DNA of 64,000 nucleotides from an uncultured Candidatus Saccharibacteria bacterium. Its GTDB lineage: Bacteria > Patescibacteriota > Minisyncoccia > Phycocordibacterales > PALSA-1337. How positions within the stretch are numbered: position 1 is the stretch's first letter; each line of letters begins with the position of its first letter. The position numbers and the translations under genes were made by a program. The stretch lies in contig CAYXPQ010000003.1 in the NCBI GenBank assembly GCA_964467225.1, positions 4,276-68,275 of the forward strand, read 5' to 3'. Below the pieces are notes generated by a model that worked only from the letters and a program-made list of their open reading frames with translations, made no database searches and was not told the origin of the DNA. Shown here one piece after another: positions 39,631 to 49,335 of the stretch.

Positions 39631-39650
39631 TATCATCTATTCCCTATTAT

Positions 39651-40124
39651 TTAGTTCTTCGCAATTATTGCATCTGCTGCATTTGCTGTAATTGTCTTTC
39701 CCCAACATGGTGATGATGCACTCCATGGTGAAGCACCGAATTCTTTATATAGATACTTGGCATATGCTACGTTACCTTCAACGGTATGAATATCATAACC
39801 AAGTTTTGTTGCAGTTTCTAGGTGATATTTCTCATTAATTTGCATCACACCTACATCTGCCTTATTTACCTTACCTCTTATTAATACTCCATTCTTATCA
39901 TAGTGAGTAAATGTTGACTCACATCTAGCTATTTCAATAAGTATGGGTGTATCTGAATAGTGTTCATTTAGATACTTCTCTATTGCCTTTCTGTCTGTTG
40001 TTACGATAGCAGCAGACTTAGTAGTTGTATTTGGTTGAACATCTACACTGTCAGTTATTGATGCTACTTGTGTTCCGTACATTGATGACAAAAGAAATGC
40101 AAGTGTTGTTGTAAGTTCAATCAT
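39651..40124 (-). CDS. secreted lysozyme-like/SLT-domain protein (putative lytic transglycosylase)
   Basis: Signal peptide; ARCESTF...GVMQINEKYH resembles SLT catalytic ES...G(L/V)MQ motif. Confidence 0.5.
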   Translation of the reverse strand: MIELTTTLAFLLSSMYGTQVASITDSVDVQPNTTTKSAAIVTTDRKAIEKYLNEHYSDTPILIEIARCESTFTHYDKNGVLIRGKVNKADVGVMQINEKYHLETATKLGYDIHTVEGNVAYAKYLYKEFGASPWSASSPCWGKTITANAADAIIAKN

Positions 40125-40351
40125 ATAATTTAAAACGAGGTATATGTAAGAATGAACTTACCTACGCCTCGTTAATAGATATATACTAGCATATCTGGAA
40201 ATCAATGTCAAGAGTTGAAAAGGTAAAATCACGATAATACCCTTATTTTACAAGGGTTTTCTGACAATACAATTTTAGGCATGTAAAGGGTTATAGACCG
40301 AGCATCGTAAAACTTGCATAAAACTCTCATATTGTATATACTGTTTTAACT

Positions 40352-40624
40352 ATGGCTACAAAGAAATCAGGAGGATCGACCCAAAATGGTAGAGATTCTA
40401 ATCCCAAATACCTGGGAGTTAAAGTTAATCACGGCGAGACTGTATCTACAGGCTCTATTATCGTTAGACAAAGAGGAACTAACGTTTTACCTGGTAGAAA
40501 TATTGGTATGGGTAAAGACCACACTCTATTTGCACTTAAGGATGGTAAAGTTGAATTTGCTACAAAGAGAATGACTCATTTTGATAATACAATTAAAAGA
40601 AAGAAAATTGTACATGTAATATAA
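40352..40624 (+). CDS. rpmA: ribosomal protein L27
   Basis: [18 protein letters not shown]...[10 protein letters not shown]...DHTLFAL. Confidence 0.95.
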   Translation: MATKKSGGSTQNGRDSNPKYLGVKVNHGETVSTGSIIVRQRGTNVLPGRNIGMGKDHTLFALKDGKVEFATKRMTHFDNTIKRKKIVHVI

Positions 40625-40689
40625 CAAAAAACCGAATATTCTCCAGCGTTTGTTCAATGTTATTTCTATTTATTATTCTTATCGCTAAA

Positions 40690-41133
40690 TTAAGCAGATT
40701 TAATCTCTAAATTAAATCTAGCAATTATATTGTTGGCCTTAACTGGAATAGATATAATTCCAGCTTCTTTTATAGGTTTATCCAAAACAATATACTCTGG
40801 ATCAATTTGTAATCGTGTTTGCCTCTGAATTGCCTGAACAATTTCAAGTTTATTAATTCCTGCAAAAAGGTGACCTTTATCATTCATTTTTTCATTTAAA
40901 ACTATTGTAACACCTTCTAATTCCTTTAGATTTTTGTTTAATAGCTCTTCATGAACCTTTCTCTCCCCTTCATCTCTAGCTTTCTCTAATCCAATCCTTT
41001 TTACCACATCAGCAGTTGCTGCCACTGCCAATCCCTTTGGAATTAGTAAGTTCAAAGCATATCCATCGCTTATTTCTTTTATATCGTATTTCTTTCCAAC
41101 CTTTGCAATATCCTTCAATAATATTATTTTCAT
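40690..41133 (-). CDS. rplI: ribosomal protein L9
   Basis: MKIILLKDIAKVGKKYDIKEISDGYALNLLIPKGLA. Confidence 0.9.
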   Translation of the reverse strand: MKIILLKDIAKVGKKYDIKEISDGYALNLLIPKGLAVAATADVVKRIGLEKARDEGERKVHEELLNKNLKELEGVTIVLNEKMNDKGHLFAGINKLEIVQAIQRQTRLQIDPEYIVLDKPIKEAGIISIPVKANNIIARFNLEIKSA

Positions 41134-41145
41134 ATATCATGTATA

Positions 41146-42366
41146 TTAAGTCTCTTTTCGTAAAATTTCAACTGCCTTATCCAATTGAACGTCTTTTTTG
41201 TCTTCAATATCTTTTGGAGTTACTTTTACCTCGACATCTGGGGTTAATCCATCGTGTGATAAATTGTGACCTTTAGGAGTTAACCATCTAGCTATTGTAA
41301 CTTTGAGCGAAGTCTTTGAGGTTATTGGAACTAGCTCTTGTACAGATCCTTTACCAAAAGTTTTGGTTCCCACTAGCCTTGCAACTCCGTTCTCTTGCAA
41401 TGCTCCTGCCATAATTTCAGAAGCTGAAGCAGAACCACCGTCAACTAAAATTATTACCTTGTATTTATTTGGCCCCCCAAAATAACTATTGAAGATATTG
41501 TAGCCTTTACTTACATACAGCTTATTTGTGCTTTTTCCACCGAAGTCCTCAGTAACGATAACTTCACCGGAAGGCAAGAACCAGCTTGAAATATCCCAAG
41601 CAGCGTCCAAATATCCACCTGGATTGCCTCTTAGATCAATAATTATCTTATGCTTTCCAGACTGTATGAATTCCCTTAATGCATTTCTGAACAATTCAGG
41701 AGATTGAGCAGTAAAACTGAATAGTCTAATTATAAATATGTCTTCTTTTATTTCTGTTTCTAATGTTGGAATATCTATTATGTCTCTTACCAAAGATTTC
41801 TCAATTGGCAGACTCACTCCTTCTCTGATAAAAACAATCTTGACTGTCGTACCTCTTTCGCCTCTTATCTGTTTTACAGCTTTTTCAACCGTTAAATCAG
41901 TTGTTAATTCGCCATTTATTTTCATGATTTTATCACCTGCCTTTACCCCCGCCCTTTCAGCTGGACTATTCTTGACTGGAGAAACAACTGTCAATATTCC
42001 ATCCTTAATAGCAATTTCCATACCTACACCCTCAAAATTTCCAGCGATATCATTTTTGAATGATTTATTCTCTTCAGGAGGGAAAAATACAGTATATGGA
42101 TCGTTCTGTGATGCGGCGAGGCCTCTAATAGAACCCCAAATCCTTTCTTGAGTATCTGTCGTGGTCGCCGCGACATATTTATCACTTATTACACTCCATA
42201 CTTTCCAATATGGTTCAAATTGCTCAGCTGTAACCTTTTGTCCATCAGGGAAAATAGAATTCATCATTTTTCTTTCTCCATAATAACTACCAATATAAAA
42301 TGATACCAATAGAAGCACCAGACCAGCTAATCCGTAGGTCAGATATCTTTGTTGTTGATTATTCAT
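41146..42366 (-). CDS. ctpA: C-terminal processing peptidase (S41) with PDZ domain
   Basis: PDZ (GDKIMKINGE), S41 motifs DLRGNPGG and SASASE, N-terminal TM. Confidence 0.9.
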   Translation of the reverse strand: MNNQQQRYLTYGLAGLVLLLVSFYIGSYYGERKMMNSIFPDGQKVTAEQFEPYWKVWSVISDKYVAATTTDTQERIWGSIRGLAASQNDPYTVFFPPEENKSFKNDIAGNFEGVGMEIAIKDGILTVVSPVKNSPAERAGVKAGDKIMKINGELTTDLTVEKAVKQIRGERGTTVKIVFIREGVSLPIEKSLVRDIIDIPTLETEIKEDIFIIRLFSFTAQSPELFRNALREFIQSGKHKIIIDLRGNPGGYLDAAWDISSWFLPSGEVIVTEDFGGKSTNKLYVSKGYNIFNSYFGGPNKYKVIILVDGGSASASEIMAGALQENGVARLVGTKTFGKGSVQELVPITSKTSLKVTIARWLTPKGHNLSHDGLTPDVEVKVTPKDIEDKKDVQLDKAVEILRKET

Positions 42367-42394
42367 ATGATACTAGATTATACTATATTATGTA

Positions 42395-43315
42395 ATGATA
42401 ACAACTTATACATACAAAAATCTTTCCTGGCTTGATGTAGAATCACCAAACCAAGACGATGTTACGCTATTAATTAAGAAGCATGGATTACACCCTTTAG
42501 TAGGAGAAGAATTACTTTCCCCCACTAGAAAATCAAAAGTTGATATATATAAAAATTATATTTTTTTGGCTTTACATATACCTATAAGGACTAAAGTCGG
42601 GAGCAAATACATTGTTGTAGAGAAAGAAATAGATTTTGTCATTGGTAACAAATTCATAATAACTTCTAGAAATGAAGTTGTAGAGCCTCTGCACAGCTTC
42701 GCTCGAGTTTTTGAAACAAATTCAATACTTGATAAAAATGGACTAGGTGATCATGCTGGAATAATTTTCTACTACATGATGAAAAAGATCTACAATCATA
42801 TGAGTGAGGACCTAGAAAATATAAAAGATTCCCTCAATGATTCTGAAGACCATATATTCTTAGGCCACGAAAGAAAGATGGTTGAGGTTCTATCTGAATT
42901 ATCACGAGAATTAATTGATTTCAAGCAAACATCTAAATTACACAAAGAAGTATTAGAATCATTCTCTGATCTCCAAGAAGACTTCTTCGGATCTTCATTT
43001 CAACATTTTATTGATGATCTAAAAATTGATTATGGCACTGTGCACGAATTAGTTATAAGCAATAGAGAGTTATTAAATGATTTACGCGATACAAATGATT
43101 CACTTTTGTCTACCAAACAAAACGAAAATACCAAAATGTTCTCTATTCTTGCCTTTGTAACCTTCCCTATTATGGTATTTTTAGCATTATTGACTGTTCC
43201 AACAGTACATACTCCAATTATTGGTAATGCTTTTGATTGGGAAATAATATTTGGGATTGTCATAATTGCTGCTCTTGGTATGTTCTATTTCTTTAAGAAA
43301 AAAGGATGGCTATAA
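42395..43315 (+). CDS. corA: CorA-family divalent cation transporter
   Basis: Cytoplasmic N-domain then two C-terminal TM helices; GNAFDW in place of canonical GMN. Confidence 0.7.
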   Translation: MITTYTYKNLSWLDVESPNQDDVTLLIKKHGLHPLVGEELLSPTRKSKVDIYKNYIFLALHIPIRTKVGSKYIVVEKEIDFVIGNKFIITSRNEVVEPLHSFARVFETNSILDKNGLGDHAGIIFYYMMKKIYNHMSEDLENIKDSLNDSEDHIFLGHERKMVEVLSELSRELIDFKQTSKLHKEVLESFSDLQEDFFGSSFQHFIDDLKIDYGTVHELVISNRELLNDLRDTNDSLLSTKQNENTKMFSILAFVTFPIMVFLALLTVPTVHTPIIGNAFDWEIIFGIVIIAALGMFYFFKKKGWL

Positions 43316-44706
43316 AAATATACAACACGCTGACTAGCCAGAAAGATGACTTTAAGCCCTTAGTGGAGGGTAAGGTAGGTATATATACTTGTGGTCCAAC
43401 TGTTTATGATACTGTTCACATTGGCAACCTTCGTTCATTTTTAATGTCAGATATTATAAGAAGAGTTTTTGAATATAACAATTTTTTTGTCACTCAAGTG
43501 ATGAATATAACTGATGTTGATGACAAAACAATCAAAAAAAGTAAAGAGAATAACACAACTCTAGAGAGGTTAACTCGTCATTACGAAACTTCATTTATTA
43601 ATGATATTCACAAGCTCAATATACTTACTCCCCACAAATTACTTAGGGCTACCGAAAATATTAAAGAGATGATTGAGATGATATCAATTTTACTCGAAAA
43701 AGGTATTGCATACAAAAGTAAAGATGGAATTTACTTTAGTATTGCTCTATCAAAGAATTATGGCCAATTAGCAAAATTAAAATTTGATGCTACAGATTCT
43801 TCAAAATTAAAGGAAAGGATCTCAAATGATGAGTACGAAAAAGAGAATCCTAGGGACTTCGTGCTATGGAAATTTACTACCGATGATGATAATGGAAATT
43901 CTTGGGAAGCTCCATTCGGTAATGGAAGACCAGGCTGGCATATTGAGTGTTCTGCGATGTCTACGAGAGTACTTGGTCCAACTATTGATATCCATACAGG
44001 TGGCACTGATTTAATATTCCCTCACCATACAAATGAAATAGCTCAATCTGAATGTGCAACTGATAAAAATTTTGTAAATTATTGGATACATGGTGCTTTC
44101 ATGAACGTAAATGACTCCAAAATGGCAAAATCAAAAGGAAATTTTGTTAAGCTATCTGATATTGAAGGTGCTTCTATCTCTCCAATTGCTTTTAGGTATT
44201 GGCTATTCACATCACATTATCGTACTCAGGTAAATTTTACATTTAATGCCGTAAAGTCTGCTCAAAATGCATTTATTAGATTTGTTGAAAGCTTTGTTAG
44301 GTTAAATGAAATAGAACACGAACATATTCATGCTTCAGCAAATCCAATTAATTACAGAGAGGAATTTCTAAATAAAATTAATGATGATTTTAATATGCCT
44401 GAGGCGCTGGCATTAGCTTGGGAATTGATTAAAGATCATACAATAGAGGCAAAAGAGAAAATTAGCCTATTACTGGATTTCGATAAAGTTTTTGGTCTTG
44501 GTTTGAAAACAGTACTTGAGATGCAAAACGATGAGATATCAAATATCCCATTAGAAATCACTACCCTTGCCGAAGCTCGAGAAGATGCAAGGAAGAATAA
44601 AGAATGGGAGAAGGCAGATGCATTGAGGAAAGAAATAGAACAAAGAGGATATGAAATCAAGGATGGAGTGAATGGTAAGTTTATACTAAACAGAATAAGC
44701 AAATAG
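43306..44706 (+). CDS. cysS: cysteinyl-tRNA synthetase
   Basis: CGPTVYDTVHIGN (HIGH), KMAKSKGN (KMSKS), zinc Cys ligands. Confidence 0.9.
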   Translation: MAIKIYNTLTSQKDDFKPLVEGKVGIYTCGPTVYDTVHIGNLRSFLMSDIIRRVFEYNNFFVTQVMNITDVDDKTIKKSKENNTTLERLTRHYETSFINDIHKLNILTPHKLLRATENIKEMIEMISILLEKGIAYKSKDGIYFSIALSKNYGQLAKLKFDATDSSKLKERISNDEYEKENPRDFVLWKFTTDDDNGNSWEAPFGNGRPGWHIECSAMSTRVLGPTIDIHTGGTDLIFPHHTNEIAQSECATDKNFVNYWIHGAFMNVNDSKMAKSKGNFVKLSDIEGASISPIAFRYWLFTSHYRTQVNFTFNAVKSAQNAFIRFVESFVRLNEIEHEHIHASANPINYREEFLNKINDDFNMPEALALAWELIKDHTIEAKEKISLLLDFDKVFGLGLKTVLEMQNDEISNIPLEITTLAEAREDARKNKEWEKADALRKEIEQRGYEIKDGVNGKFILNRISK

Positions 44707-44760
44707 ATTGATAGACAAGTATTGACATTATCACCTGAACATGTTAATTTAATTTTGGAT

Positions 44761-45051
44761 ATGAAAATCTCTTCTCCAAGGTTTAACAAGTTTACAATGC
44801 ACCTTATTATCATGCTGGAGTGTGAGAGGATTGCAAATCTGAAGTGGGTCATCCACAAACTCCAGAAATGGGGATTCAAAAAGGTTAGTGATAGCAAGGT
44901 CCGTTCGTCTTTCAAACATCTGTGTAAGAAGGGCTTTGTCCTTGAGCACAGGAAATTTTCAAACGATAAGAGAGCAAAATTCTACTCACTAACCCCGATG
45001 GGATTCTCGGTACTTCAGAGTATCAAAAGAGTTGTCACAGATACTTTCTAA
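44761..45051 (+). CDS. PadR-like winged-helix transcriptional regulator (96 aa), GC-rich
   Basis: RAKFYSLTPMG wing motif; TTGACA-17-TAATTT promoter ending ~10 nt before ATG; track start 44722 is TTG inside the -35. Confidence 0.5.
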   Translation: MKISSPRFNKFTMHLIIMLECERIANLKWVIHKLQKWGFKKVSDSKVRSSFKHLCKKGFVLEHRKFSNDKRAKFYSLTPMGFSVLQSIKRVVTDTF

Positions 45052-45072
45052 CTGACATCTCTTTACAAACAC

Positions 45073-45103
45073 AGCCACCGTCAGGTGGTTTTTGTTTTGT
45101 TTT
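45073..45103 (+). terminator. intrinsic terminator
   Basis: AGCCACC-gtca-GGTGGTT then TTTGTTTTGTTTT. Confidence 0.7.
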
Positions 45104-45172
45104 CCACATTTTCTCCCCTGTTAGTTAAGAATGTAAAATCCTACAAAAAGTTTAAAGTGATATAATGTCTCC

Positions 45173-46573
45173 ATGAGCCCAACCTCACCATATTTCAAAG
45201 CAAAAGATTTAAGAATTCCACCTCAGAGTTTAGAAGCTGAGCGTGCTTTGCTTGGATCAATAATGATTCGACCTGAAATGATGCATGAAGTAATGGATGT
45301 TGTTGATGAGAAGTCCTTTTATTCTGATCGCCACAAAATAATTTGGTCAATAATGGTTGAATTGCATAGTAAAGGTACTCCAATAGACTTACTTTCCCTT
45401 TCCTCAAGACTAAAGGATAAAGAAATGCTAGAAACTGCGGGTGGTATGAGTTATTTAACAGAATTAGTTCAAGAGGTTCCTTCATCAACAAATGCAAAAC
45501 ATTATGCAGAAATAGTTCAGAAGAAGCATATAATGAGAAATCTCATCAATGCTTCTGAATTCGTAGGTAATCTTGGATTTGATGAAGAGATGGATCTTGA
45601 AGAAACCCTCGATAAAGCTGAGAAAAAAATATTTGAAGTCACAAATTTCACTGGTACACACAAGTTTATTGAACTAAAGGATACTTTGGTAGATGCATGG
45701 GAAAGAATTGACAAATTACACAATACAAAAGATGAACTTAGAGGAATACCAACAGGTTTTACTTCTTTAGACAATAAACTGGCAGGATTACAAAAGTCAG
45801 ATTTGATAATTCTTGCTGCTCGACCATCCATGGGTAAAACTTCCCTAGCGCTTGATATTGCGCGCATGTCAGCAATAAATCACAAAGTTCCAGTGGGTAT
45901 CTTTTCATTGGAAATGAGTTCTCAACAGTTAGTTGATCGTATGTTAGCGGCAGAATCACAGGTTGACTCATGGAAGATACGTACAGGTCATAATTTATCT
46001 GTTGATAACGATTTTAAAGCCATCAGAGATGCTATGGATCGTCTATCTCAAGCCCCAATTTATATTGATGATCAACCCGCCAACAATATTCTAAAAATGC
46101 GTGCTGTAGCAAGAAGATTAAAGAGCGAGAAGGGACTAGGCTTGATTATAGTAGATTACCTTCAGCTAATGGTCCCAACTCAAAGCCGTAATTCAGACAA
46201 TGTCGTACAGCAAGTTACCGAAATCTCTCGCTCATTGAAGCAGCTCGCACGTGAGTTAGAAGTCCCTGTATTAGCCCTATCACAATTAAGCCGTGCAGTT
46301 GAGCAGCGTGGTGGTGAGCCTAGACTTTCTGACCTTCGTGACTCAGGATCTATAGAGCAAGATGCAGATGTAGTACTATTTATTCATCGTGAAGATAAAT
46401 ACAATAAAGATAGTGCTCGACCTAATATTGCTAAAATTATGATAGAAAAGCACAGAAATGGCCCTACTGGAATAGCTGAGCTATACTTCGATGACAAGAA
46501 AACATCTTTTATGAATTTGGATAAGAGTGACTTTGGCGAATTCGATCAACAGCAAAATGGATCCAATTTCTAA
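45173..46573 (+). CDS. dnaB: replicative DNA helicase DnaB
   Basis: PPQSLEAERALLGSIM N-domain, Walker A GARPSMGKTS, RecA-like C-domain; TGaTATAAT 10 nt before ATG. Confidence 0.95.
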   Translation: MSPTSPYFKAKDLRIPPQSLEAERALLGSIMIRPEMMHEVMDVVDEKSFYSDRHKIIWSIMVELHSKGTPIDLLSLSSRLKDKEMLETAGGMSYLTELVQEVPSSTNAKHYAEIVQKKHIMRNLINASEFVGNLGFDEEMDLEETLDKAEKKIFEVTNFTGTHKFIELKDTLVDAWERIDKLHNTKDELRGIPTGFTSLDNKLAGLQKSDLIILAARPSMGKTSLALDIARMSAINHKVPVGIFSLEMSSQQLVDRMLAAESQVDSWKIRTGHNLSVDNDFKAIRDAMDRLSQAPIYIDDQPANNILKMRAVARRLKSEKGLGLIIVDYLQLMVPTQSRNSDNVVQQVTEISRSLKQLARELEVPVLALSQLSRAVEQRGGEPRLSDLRDSGSIEQDADVVLFIHREDKYNKDSARPNIAKIMIEKHRNGPTGIAELYFDDKKTSFMNLDKSDFGEFDQQQNGSNF

Positions 46574-47165
46574 ATTAACAGAATACTTCAGAGAATTTCC
46601 CGGAATTGGCCCTAGACAAGCCAAGCGTTTTGTCTATTTTCTATTAACCAAAAATCCTTCATATCTAGAAGAGATGTCCAGACTTATTACAGAGATAAAA
46701 AAGAATATCAAAGTTTGCTCTTCTTGCTTCCGATTTTATCAAAACGGCAGTTCTATAGTTTGTAATATTTGTTCAAATATTAATAGAGATAATTCTCAAC
46801 TAATGATTGTTTCTAGAGATGTAGATTTTGAAGCAATAGAGAAAAGTAAAGTCTATAATGGACTATATTTGATTCTAGGAGGAACGATACCTATTCTAGA
46901 CAAGGAGCCAGAGAAAAAAGTTAGACTAAATGAGCTGAGTAAAAGGCTTTCCCAAGGAAATATAAAAGAGATAATACTTTCCTTAAATGCAAATGCTGAG
47001 GGTGAACACACAGCAGAATTTATTAGAAATTATATAAAGTCTAAATTTCCTGATTCTAATTTAAATATAACTGTCTTGGGTAGAGGGCTCTCTACAGGTA
47101 CAGAACTTGAATATTCTGATACAGATACCATCAAAAATGCTTTGAAAAATAGGGAGAGGATATAG
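46557..47165 (+). CDS. recR: recombination protein RecR
   Basis: FPGIGPRQAKR HhH, C4 zinc finger CSSC...CNIC, Toprim; track start 46527 is GTG, ATG at 46557. Confidence 0.9.
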   Translation: MDPISKLTEYFREFPGIGPRQAKRFVYFLLTKNPSYLEEMSRLITEIKKNIKVCSSCFRFYQNGSSIVCNICSNINRDNSQLMIVSRDVDFEAIEKSKVYNGLYLILGGTIPILDKEPEKKVRLNELSKRLSQGNIKEIILSLNANAEGEHTAEFIRNYIKSKFPDSNLNITVLGRGLSTGTELEYSDTDTIKNALKNRERI

Positions 47166-47171
47166 AGTTTA

Positions 47172-47489
47172 TTATTTCAACCCCTCAATCTTTACCTCAA
47201 AATATGGCTGTCTATGACCATTCTTCTTGAAATACTTACTCTTCTGCTTGTATTTAATAACATTAACCTTAGCTGCACGGCCAATCTTAGTGATTGATCC
47301 TGTTACCTTGGCACCTGAGATAAAAGGTGTGCCAATTGTAGTATCTGTTCCATTATCTACTAGTAATACTTTATCAAAAACGACCTTATCGCCTTCTTTA
47401 TAATCTCCAATAAGCTTCTCAATTCTTACAACATCGCCTACTGCGACCTTATATTGTTTTCCTCCTGTTTGTATTACTGCAAATTCCAT
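47172..47489 (-). CDS. rplU: ribosomal protein L21
   Basis: MEFAVIQTGGKQYKV. Confidence 0.95.
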   Translation of the reverse strand: MEFAVIQTGGKQYKVAVGDVVRIEKLIGDYKEGDKVVFDKVLLVDNGTDTTIGTPFISGAKVTGSITKIGRAAKVNVIKYKQKSKYFKKNGHRQPYFEVKIEGLK

Positions 47490-47501
47490 AGTTACACTAT
47501 C

Positions 47502-48557
47502 TTACACTATCTCTTCTGGATGGTCAACAGTCAAAGATTCTATTTTAGGGCTTTGCCCTGTTATTCTTAGAATATCTTTATCTACTTTCTTTAATTCCTT
47601 ATTTGAGTTATTGTAATGATTTACAACGGTAGACAAGGAGCTGCCAAGCTTTGAATGATATTCTTCATACTTTTTTAGGTGATTTCCTAGCTCATCTACC
47701 CTTTTAATTATATCTTTTGCAGTTTCTTCAATCTGTAAAGCCTTTAATCCCTGTAATACAGTCTGCAAATACGCCAAAAATGATGTTGGTGATACTATTA
47801 TTACCTTATATTTATTAGCAGCTCTTTGTATTAGATTATCGGTCTCTTCAGTAACAGCTCCAATCTTATTAACCAATAAGTCATAATAAATAGCCTCATG
47901 AGGAATGAACATAAAAGCAAATTCCATTGTCCCTTCAGCAGGACGAACATATTTTGCGGTTTCTTGTATTCTAATTTTTAAATCAGAAACAAATGCCTTC
48001 TCGTACTTTTCCTTTTCTATAGGATTACTCTCTTGGACTAATTTGTTGTAATTCTCTAGAGAAAATTTGGAATCAATAGGAATTACCTTTTCCCTTACAA
48101 ATACAACTGCATCAACTACTTCCCCATTTACAAATGGATATTGCATCTTGTATTGAGTAGGAGCAAGGACATTTCTTAATAGGGTTTCCAAATAATATTC
48201 TCCTAATATTCCGCGATGTTTAGGGTTCTTGAGAATATCTTGCAAATTTTGTAGTTGATCTGCGAAGGAGACTACCTGCCTATTAGTCTCGTCCAGCTTA
48301 GTAAGTCCTGCTGTTACTTCTTTAATCATTCTTGTAGACTCTGATAATTGAGCCTGCATAGACTCACGCATATTTTTGGCATTTTCGCCTATTTTGCTAT
48401 CTACTGTCCTATTTAATTCATTTAATTGTTCTAATATTAATTTTAGGCCAATCTCTTCCTTTCCAATGGATTGTTGGGGCCTTTTTAGGAAAAATAGAAC
48501 AAACAGAAAAATAATTATAAGCAATGAAATTATTAGAATAATGATGAGTGGCTCCAT
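47502..48557 (-). CDS. rmuC: DNA recombination protein RmuC
   Basis: N-terminal TM, coiled-coil, HRGILGEYYLETLL and C-terminal nuclease-like domain; track start 48608 is TTG, ATG at 48557. Confidence 0.8.
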   Translation of the reverse strand: MEPLIIILIISLLIIIFLFVLFFLKRPQQSIGKEEIGLKLILEQLNELNRTVDSKIGENAKNMRESMQAQLSESTRMIKEVTAGLTKLDETNRQVVSFADQLQNLQDILKNPKHRGILGEYYLETLLRNVLAPTQYKMQYPFVNGEVVDAVVFVREKVIPIDSKFSLENYNKLVQESNPIEKEKYEKAFVSDLKIRIQETAKYVRPAEGTMEFAFMFIPHEAIYYDLLVNKIGAVTEETDNLIQRAANKYKVIIVSPTSFLAYLQTVLQGLKALQIEETAKDIIKRVDELGNHLKKYEEYHSKLGSSLSTVVNHYNNSNKELKKVDKDILRITGQSPKIESLTVDHPEEIV

Positions 48558-48578
48558 ATATGCTATTATATCAACATT

Positions 48579-49031
48579 ATGAAAATACACGAAACAATCA
48601 AAAAACAACTAGTTGAAGCTATGAGAGCTAAGGATTCAATCAAGCTTGATGTAATAAGAGGGCTATTGAGTGCCTTCACAAACGAATTAATTTCCAAAAG
48701 CAGCTCAGAAACATTTCTAGATGATGAGAGTACTCTTGCGCTTATCAGACGAAGTGTAAAACAGCACAAGGACTCTATTGAACAATTCGAGAAAGGCGGA
48801 AGAGCTGATCTAGCAGACAAAGAAAAAGCTGAACTAAAAACCTTAGAGACCTATCTTCCCCAAATGATGTCTAGAGATGAAATAAAAACCCTTGCCGAAA
48901 AAAAGCTTCAAGAATTAGGCAACATTGATAAAGCTAAAGTTGGCCAATTTATTGGCTCTTTGATGAAAGAATTGAAAGGCAAAGCAGATGGAGCAGATGT
49001 AAAAGCAGTTGTGGATGAAATGGTAAAATAG
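48579..49031 (+). CDS. GatB/YqeY domain protein
   Basis: LKxAMKAKDxxxLxxxRxLL-type YqeY pattern (LVEAMRAKDSIKLDVIRGLLSA). Confidence 0.8.
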   Translation: MKIHETIKKQLVEAMRAKDSIKLDVIRGLLSAFTNELISKSSSETFLDDESTLALIRRSVKQHKDSIEQFEKGGRADLADKEKAELKTLETYLPQMMSRDEIKTLAEKKLQELGNIDKAKVGQFIGSLMKELKGKADGADVKAVVDEMVK

Positions 49032-49034
49032 AGA

Positions 49035-49063
49035 TTGACAACTCCTGTTTTTAGGTATATTAT
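49035..49063 (+). promoter_or_regulatory. near-consensus sigma70 promoter TTGACA-17-TATTAT
   Basis: TTGACA at 49035-49040, TATTAT at 49058-49063. Confidence 0.6.
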
Positions 49064-49069
49064 TAAATA

Positions 49070-49318
49070 CCGGTATGAGCTCTCAACAATTGGAATTTCC
49101 AGCTCTTTGCAGAGTTGGCCAAGTAGTGAATGCTCATGTGGTTACTCAACAACCACAGTCGGTCCGGCGACCTTTGAGGATTGGTCGACGGAGACGGTCT
49201 TTCAATACCACCGTAGCAACTTGGGGGGTAGCTGCTTCACTACCCACCGGAGACCGAGACTAAAGTCCAGAGGACACAATCCCCACACTGACTGTACGTA
49301 GTGTGGGGATTTCTTATT
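49070..49318 (+). ncRNA. GC-rich structured RNA of unassigned class (~250 nt) with own promoter and intrinsic terminator
   Basis: Multiple nested helices (ATGAGC/GCTCAT, CCAGCTCT-ttgc-AGAGTTGG, GGGTAG-8nt-CTACCC); terminator ATCCCCACACT-11nt-AGTGTGGGGAT + TTTCTTATT; GC about 50 percent versus roughly 33 percent in the surrounding genome. Confidence 0.5.
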
Positions 49319-49335
49319 GTAATTCTTTAAATAAT

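Noticed and set aside
49230-49260. Possible RNase P RNA P4 motif (AAAGTCCAG) in the structured RNA
   Set aside because: The match to the GGAAAGUCCGGGC motif is partial and is located near the 3' end rather than the 5' end. No ACAGAA-CCGGCUUA partner motif is found on either strand, and the length (about 250 nt) is short for type A RNase P RNA.
49035-49301. ORFs 49035-49301 (88 aa) and 49075-49263 (62 aa) on the plus strand
   Set aside because: Both lie entirely within the GC-rich structured RNA. The products are Arg/Ser/Thr-rich and low-complexity with codon usage unlike the rest of the genome, and there is no RBS. Treated as non-coding.
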